28,091 bases of DNA, from positions 62,001-90,091 of IMG/VR virus record IMGVR_UViG_3300011855_000048; one strand, written 5' to 3'. The notes below the pieces were generated by a model. That model was not told where the DNA came from and did no database searches. It saw only the letters and a program-made list of their open reading frames with translations. Position 1 is the first letter of the stretch, and every line of letters begins with the position of its first letter. The position numbers were made by a program, and so were the translations under genes. Of this stretch, positions 22,775-28,091 are shown one piece after another. Origin of the DNA: an uncultured virus (IMG/VR IMGVR_UViG_3300011855_000048). Its lineage: Duplodnaviria; Heunggongvirae; Uroviricota; Caudoviricetes.

Positions 22775-25543
22775 ATGGAATTTTTTAACGTAGTGAGAGC
22801 GACGCAGAAGTCCGGCAAGCCTGATGCGGTCGTGTGGTTCACGGCCAAAAGCGAGGCGCGGGCCAACTTGCAGCTGGATGTTGCCCTTGAAGACGCAGGC
22901 ATCGAAACTGGCCGCGGCCAGGACTACAACAAACCGGCCCGCACCGACTTTCCCGTCGTTGACGATCTGCCTGAAGAGGGAGAGGTAGACCTGACCTGGT
23001 GCGGTCGCTATGAGCTGCAGGAAGACGGCCGGACCTGGCTGCCGAAGGCGAAGGAAGAGCCAAAGGCGAAGCCAGAGACCACCACTGGAACAGTCGTTGA
23101 AAACGGCCTGGAAATCAGCAAGCACGACGGCGCAAACACCACCTACGGCATGGCGCAGCTGCCGTTCCGCAAGCAACTGCTAGCGCAGTTCTCCGCCGAC
23201 GCTGTGCGCCATCAGATTACTCGCGCAGAAAATGCCGAGATCACCGCACTCGAAATGGACACTGACAACGGGTACGTCCAGAACCTGATTCTGGCTGCCG
23301 AGAGCTGCGACGAGCTGAAGACGCTCGACCTGGCGAGCCTGTGGAAGTACACCGACGCCATCAAAAAGGTATTCGCCTCGGATAAGCGCCACGAGCTGTC
23401 GCTGGTGCTGCAGTTCACCAAAATCTGGCTGGCCGCCGAGCACATCGACCGCGGCGTCCTGGTGCGCGAGTGGGCTGCCGGCAACCGAATCTCAAAAGTG
23501 GAATCTCAAGCGCAGGATGACGCGCCGACGGCGGAAATCTATAAGCGCGCTGTGGCACAGAATATGACTAACCTCAGCATCGAGATCGCAATCGCTCTGC
23601 TCTATCCGGAAGCCCAGCCCGGAAAAATTAGCCGGCCGCAGCTGGTCGGCGCCAAAGAGCTTGCAGATCGCAAAGAGGAAGTTCATGCCAAAGCGCTCAA
23701 GGTTATCGGGAAAATCACCGACATCATGGATTACGACGCCAGCAGTATTTTTGGCGTAACTCGCGACATTCCGTGGAACGGCGCCGAAACCACCTCTGAG
23801 CTGCGCTCCTGGGCACGCGAGTGGTTAGCGACCAACGGCATCTACGAAAACGGGGAGCGCTCGAAGGGCTATCCGGAGTGGGAGGACGATCCGCGCGCGG
23901 GTCGCCAGGCCCAGCAATCACAGCCAGAAATCGGCAATGTCGGCGGCGGCATCTTCTCCATTGACGGCCTGATGACCCCAGCAAAAACCGAGGACACCAG
24001 TAATGAGCAGATGGAAGAGACTGTCGACGCCGAAAGCGCGACTGATAATGCGGTATCAGCAGGCGAAAGCGCTGATGAAGCTGATCCGCAAGCAGATACC
24101 GTAATAGCGGAAAGCATTGGTGCCGAAATTCTCGCCGCGGCAGCGCCAAACCTGGCTAAAGCGGTTCAGGAAGAAGCTGCGCCGGTAGCGTCAACTACGG
24201 AAGAAGACAACGCTTCGCCAGAAGAAACACAGGAAGGTGCGGCGCCAGCCTGGCCGGAATATTTCGAGCCTGGCCGCTATGAGGGCGTGCCTAACGAAGT
24301 CTACCATGCAGCCAACGGCATCAGCAGCACGCAGGTGAAAGACGCCCGCGTCAGCCTGATGTATTTCAACGCGCGCCACGTCGCAAAGACCATCCAGAAA
24401 GAGCGCTCGGCGGTGCTCGACATGGGTAACCTGGTGCACGCGCTGGCGCTGCAGCCGGACACTCTCGATAAAGAATTCAGCATCGAGCCGCAGATCCCGG
24501 AAGGCGCATTCACCACGACGGCGACTATCCGCGAGTTTATCGACGAGCACAACGCCAGCCTGCCGCCGCTGCTGAGCGCTGACGAAATCAAAGCGCTGCT
24601 GGAAGAGTACAACGCCACCCTGCCCGCCCAGGTACCGCTCGGCGCATCCGCCGAAGAAACCGGCCAGAGCTACATGGCTCTGCCGGCGGAGTTCCAGCGC
24701 ATCGATGAGGGTCAGAAGCAGACGGCCGCCGCGATGAAGGCCTGCATCAAAGAGTACAACGCCACCCTGCCCGCCCAGGTTAAAACCAGCGGCAGCCGTG
24801 ACGCGCTGCTGGAGCAGTTGGCGCTGATCAACCCGGACCTGGTCGCTCAAGAGGCGCAGAAAGCGCAGCCGCTGAAAGTATCAGGCACAAAGGCTGATCT
24901 GATGCAGGCGGTTAAGTCGGTCAATCCGAGCGCGGTGTTCGCAGACGAACTGCTGGACGCGTGGCGCGATAACCAGGATGGAAAAGTGCTGGTGACCCGC
25001 CAGCAGCTGAGCACTGCCCTCGCTATTCAGAAAGCGCTGCTGGATCACCCGACCGCCGGCAAGCTGCTGACGCACCCGAGCCGTGCTGTCGAAGTCAGCT
25101 ATTTCGGTTTCGACGAAGAGACCGGACTGGAAGTCCGCGTGCGGCCAGACCTTGAAATCGACATGGGCGGCCTGCGCATCGGTGCCGACCTGAAAACAAT
25201 TAGCATGTGGAACGTTAAGCAGGAGGGCCTTCGCTCCCGACTGCACCGGGAAATCATCGACCGCGACTACCACCTGAGCGCTGCGATGTACTGCGAGACT
25301 GCGGCGCTCGACCAGTTCTTCTGGATTTTCGTTAACAAAGACGAGAACTACCACTGGATCGCGATCATTGAGGCATCAGCCGAACTGCTGGAGCTGGGCA
25401 TGCTGGAATACCGCAAAGCAATGCGCGCGATAGCTAACGGGTTCGACACTGGCGAATGGCCGGCGCCTATCACAGAAGACTACGCCGAAGAGTTGAATGA
25501 TTTTGACGTGCGCCGTCTTGAGTCGTTGCGCGTGCAGGCATAA
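22775..25543 (+). CDS. recE: RecE-type exonuclease VIII
   Basis: ATG 22775 after GAGG; C-terminal PD-(D/E)xK domain (YHAANGISSTQVK, GNLVH, EVSYF, RPD, DLKT, YHLSAAMY). Confidence 0.92.
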   Translation: MEFFNVVRATQKSGKPDAVVWFTAKSEARANLQLDVALEDAGIETGRGQDYNKPARTDFPVVDDLPEEGEVDLTWCGRYELQEDGRTWLPKAKEEPKAKPETTTGTVVENGLEISKHDGANTTYGMAQLPFRKQLLAQFSADAVRHQITRAENAEITALEMDTDNGYVQNLILAAESCDELKTLDLASLWKYTDAIKKVFASDKRHELSLVLQFTKIWLAAEHIDRGVLVREWAAGNRISKVESQAQDDAPTAEIYKRAVAQNMTNLSIEIAIALLYPEAQPGKISRPQLVGAKELADRKEEVHAKALKVIGKITDIMDYDASSIFGVTRDIPWNGAETTSELRSWAREWLATNGIYENGERSKGYPEWEDDPRAGRQAQQSQPEIGNVGGGIFSIDGLMTPAKTEDTSNEQMEETVDAESATDNAVSAGESADEADPQADTVIAESIGAEILAAAAPNLAKAVQEEAAPVASTTEEDNASPEETQEGAAPAWPEYFEPGRYEGVPNEVYHAANGISSTQVKDARVSLMYFNARHVAKTIQKERSAVLDMGNLVHALALQPDTLDKEFSIEPQIPEGAFTTTATIREFIDEHNASLPPLLSADEIKALLEEYNATLPAQVPLGASAEETGQSYMALPAEFQRIDEGQKQTAAAMKACIKEYNATLPAQVKTSGSRDALLEQLALINPDLVAQEAQKAQPLKVSGTKADLMQAVKSVNPSAVFADELLDAWRDNQDGKVLVTRQQLSTALAIQKALLDHPTAGKLLTHPSRAVEVSYFGFDEETGLEVRVRPDLEIDMGGLRIGADLKTISMWNVKQEGLRSRLHREIIDRDYHLSAAMYCETAALDQFFWIFVNKDENYHWIAIIEASAELLELGMLEYRKAMRAIANGFDTGEWPAPITEDYAEELNDFDVRRLESLRVQA
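24603..24780. repeat. 31-bp perfect direct repeat within recE
   Basis: AAGAGTACAACGCCACCCTGCCCGCCCAGGT at 24603-24633 and 24750-24780. Confidence 0.9.
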
Positions 25544-25551
25544 GGGGAAAA

Positions 25552-26796
25552 ATGATGAACAACACTATATCTAACCCATTCGGCAACCGTGAGCAAGCTA
25601 ATACCGGGAATAGCCTCGTTGCTGTCGAGCAAGAACGAGCAATTCAAGAAGTTCAGGCATCACTCGTTATCGCCAAAAAATTTCCGCGAGATTCAATTGC
25701 TGCAATGGACAAGATACTCCAAGCCTGTACACGCGAAACTCTGGCGGACTCCGCGCTTTATAGCTATAACCGTGGCGGCACTGAGGTTACCGGGCCCAGC
25801 ATCCGGCTTGCAGAGGCAATGGCTCAAAACTGGGGGAATATCCAGTTTGGTATACGCGAATTAGAACAGCGAAATAACGCCTCTATTGTTGAGGCTTTCG
25901 CTTGGGACGTGGAAACCAACGTCCGTCAGGTTAAAACTTTCACAGTCCCACACGTTCGCGACACCAGAAAGGGCAGGAAGGTGCTAACTGACTCCCGTGA
26001 TATTTACGAGATGGTTGCAAACCAGGGTTCACGACGCCTCCGCGCCTGCATTCTGGGAGTTATCCCCGGCGATGTCACGGAAGCAGCTGTGCGTCAGTGT
26101 GAAATTACGCAAAGCTCAACTGTCGATGTCTCTCCGGAGAATATCAAAAAATTGCTTGGTACGTTCCTCACTGAGTTTAGCGTAACGCAGGCGCAGATTG
26201 AGAAGCGCATTCAGCGTCGGATTGAATCCATACGCCCTGCGCAGTTCCTACAGCTTCGCAAGATTTACCAGAGCCTGCGTGATGGCATGTCTGGGGTGGA
26301 AGACTGGTTTGAGTTAAGCGGTAACTCACCGCTAAGCGCCACATTAAACGCTGCCAGTAACTCTGAGACTCCTGACAGTGCAGCCCAAGGTCAAACCGAC
26401 GCACATCACGCATCGGAAATAGCCAACAGTGCGCATGAGTCGGCGGCTAACGTCAACACGATGGCCGACGAGCTGCGCGACCGAATCGAAAGCGCCGGCA
26501 CCGTAGACCAGGCAAAAGCGATCCGCGCCGACATCGAGTCGCAGAAGGCGCTGCTGGGTAACGCGCTGTTCACTGAGCTGAAAAACAAAGCGGTTAAGCG
26601 TTATTACCAGGTTGACGCGCAGAACAAAGTCGAGGCTGCTATCAACAGCCTGCCGCAGCCGGACGAACCGGATGCCGATGAGCGTTTTGCGGCGGTAGAG
26701 CAGACGTTGACCGCGGCGAAACGACACCTTGGTGATGATCTGTACGGCCAGTTCCGGATCACCATGGACGACATGAAACCCGAGTACGTCGCCTAA
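25552..26796 (+). CDS. Putative single-strand annealing protein in the RecT position (chimeric)
   Basis: Follows recE; N-domain AKKFPRD...GPSIRLAE...WGNI; C-domain KNKAVKRYY...DDMKPEY. Confidence 0.65.
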   Translation: MMNNTISNPFGNREQANTGNSLVAVEQERAIQEVQASLVIAKKFPRDSIAAMDKILQACTRETLADSALYSYNRGGTEVTGPSIRLAEAMAQNWGNIQFGIRELEQRNNASIVEAFAWDVETNVRQVKTFTVPHVRDTRKGRKVLTDSRDIYEMVANQGSRRLRACILGVIPGDVTEAAVRQCEITQSSTVDVSPENIKKLLGTFLTEFSVTQAQIEKRIQRRIESIRPAQFLQLRKIYQSLRDGMSGVEDWFELSGNSPLSATLNAASNSETPDSAAQGQTDAHHASEIANSAHESAANVNTMADELRDRIESAGTVDQAKAIRADIESQKALLGNALFTELKNKAVKRYYQVDAQNKVEAAINSLPQPDEPDADERFAAVEQTLTAAKRHLGDDLYGQFRITMDDMKPEYVA

Positions 26797-26836
26797 CAAA
26801 GCAGGGAGGGGTAACCCTCCCTACAGGAGAGTGTCC

Positions 26837-27061
26837 ATGACCAGAGAAAACGATCTGCTCAATGACGATGAACTGGTAGAACTGACCGGCTACCGCTTCC
26901 AGTCAAAACAGTGCGAGGCATTAGCGCGTGCAGGTATTTCGTTTGTGCGCCGCCGGGATGGCAAGCCGCGCGTGACATGGACGCATGTTAATGCCGCGCT
27001 ATCCGGTATTCAGCAACAGGTAATCGTTGAAGAAGAGCGCCCTAATTTCGACGCAATTTAA
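26837..27061 (+). CDS. xis: Excisionase-like protein (DUF4224-like)
   Basis: LLNDDELVELTGY...Q...L...GI.F..R.DGKPRVTW; AGGAG RBS; directly upstream of int. Confidence 0.8.
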   Translation: MTRENDLLNDDELVELTGYRFQSKQCEALARAGISFVRRRDGKPRVTWTHVNAALSGIQQQVIVEEERPNFDAI

Positions 27062-27062
27062 T

Positions 27063-28091
27063 ATGGGAAGAAAAAGATTAAACCCGGGGGATAATAAGCT
27101 CCCCCCACGCGTTTACGCGAATAAGTACAGCTATTACTACAAGCCTACATCCAAAGAATGCATCACCATCGGCCCCATTACTTTGCCCATATCACAGCTA
27201 TGGGCAAAGTATGAGGCACTGCTGGACGAACAAAGCAACCTGATGACCTTCAGCAAGCTGTGGGGGTTATTTTTAAAGAGTGCGTATTATCTCGACCTCA
27301 AACCACGCACCCAAAAAGACTATTTACAGCACCAGAAAAAATTGCTGGCTGTGTTTGGAAAAATAACGGCTGATAAAATAAAAACGGAGGATATAAGGAA
27401 ATTCATGGATCGCCGAGGAGTACAGAGTAAAACCCAGGCCAATCATGAAATGAGCAGTATGTCGCGCGTTTATCGCTGGGGATATGAGAGGGGTATGGTG
27501 AAGGGGAATCCCTGCCAGGGAGTAAGCAAGTTCAAATCCGTAGCCCGCGGACGTTATATCACCGATGCGGAATACGAAGCCATTTACCAGGAAGGCGATG
27601 CCGTTACCCGCGTGGCGATGGAAATAGCTTACTTGTGTGCGGCCCGGCAGGCTGACGTCCTGGAACTCCAGTGGCGCCAGGTCACTCCGGAGGGAATCTT
27701 TATCCAGCAGGGGAAAAACAGCGTCGCCCAAATCAAGCAGTGGACAGACCGGCTGCGGCAGGCGTTCGAGCTGGCAAAGACCTTCTCTACGCCGAATAAT
27801 GCCGGCTCATGCGTAATTCAGGGTACGCACGGCAGCGGATTTGGTAAGCGGGGATTCAGCCATCACTGGGAGGATGCCAGGCAGAAAGCATCGGTAAAAC
27901 TAGGGTACGCGCTCGACTGCACGTTTCACGATCTGAAAGCTAAGGGGATCTCAGATTACGAAGGTAGCAGTCGGGACAAGCAGCTCTTCAGCGGACATAA
28001 AACTGAGAGTCAGGTACTGGTTTACGACCGCAAAACGAAGGTGTCTCCCACCCTCGACAGGCCATCGATTCAGGAAAAATATTCTAAGTGA
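27063..28091 (+). CDS. int: Tyrosine integrase
   Basis: ATG 27063; AARQAD (R), QGK (K), FHDLKAK, SGH, VYDR (Y). Confidence 0.93.
   Translation: MGRKRLNPGDNKLPPRVYANKYSYYYKPTSKECITIGPITLPISQLWAKYEALLDEQSNLMTFSKLWGLFLKSAYYLDLKPRTQKDYLQHQKKLLAVFGKITADKIKTEDIRKFMDRRGVQSKTQANHEMSSMSRVYRWGYERGMVKGNPCQGVSKFKSVARGRYITDAEYEAIYQEGDAVTRVAMEIAYLCAARQADVLELQWRQVTPEGIFIQQGKNSVAQIKQWTDRLRQAFELAKTFSTPNNAGSCVIQGTHGSGFGKRGFSHHWEDARQKASVKLGYALDCTFHDLKAKGISDYEGSSRDKQLFSGHKTESQVLVYDRKTKVSPTLDRPSIQEKYSK

Larger units (their letters stand above)
1..28091. mobile_element. Temperate prophage (partial): integration, recombination, immunity, replication, nin/Q, lysis, packaging and head/neck modules; tail genes continue beyond the left edge
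   Basis: Canonical lambdoid gene order from int-xis to tail sheath; no host housekeeping genes seen. Confidence 0.97.

Noticed and set aside
22751..27731. Minus-strand ORFs opposite recE, the SSAP gene and int
   Set aside because: Shadow frames of well-supported plus-strand genes
28040..28091. att core at the end of int
   Set aside because: The window ends at the stop codon and the other prophage end is absent, so no repeat can be identified

Overview
The window is about 28 kb of a temperate, lambdoid-organised prophage of an enterobacterium. On the minus strand, read right to left, are cro, cII, O and P replication genes, Ead/HNH/cytosine-MTase accessory genes, ninB-ninE-ninG, Q, an AT-rich moron, the lysis cassette (pinholin, SAR endolysin, two-component spanin), terS/terL, and a myovirus-type head/neck module running into a tail-sheath gene cut by the left edge. 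On the plus strand are cI and the PL operon: small genes, RecE-type exonuclease, a chimeric annealing-protein candidate, xis and int. The immunity region can be read almost completely by eye (PR, PRM, PRE, PL and six ATKC-N6-GMAT operators). The most unusual signals are: (1) a near-perfect XerC/XerD (dif/psi-like) site with about 140 bp of possible accessory DNA between terL and the portal gene; (2) a CI lacking recognisable autocleavage residues, facing a LexA-boxed convergent promoter; (3) a frame-independent TGCGTACC array inside terS, a pac-site candidate; (4) a G9 tract that switches a gene upstream of O between three products; (5) a LexA-boxed, hairpin-gated uORF leader in front of the ninB-Q operon; (6) a domain-swapped recombinase next to RecE. 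All family assignments come from recognising motifs and gene order by eye; no database search was run.
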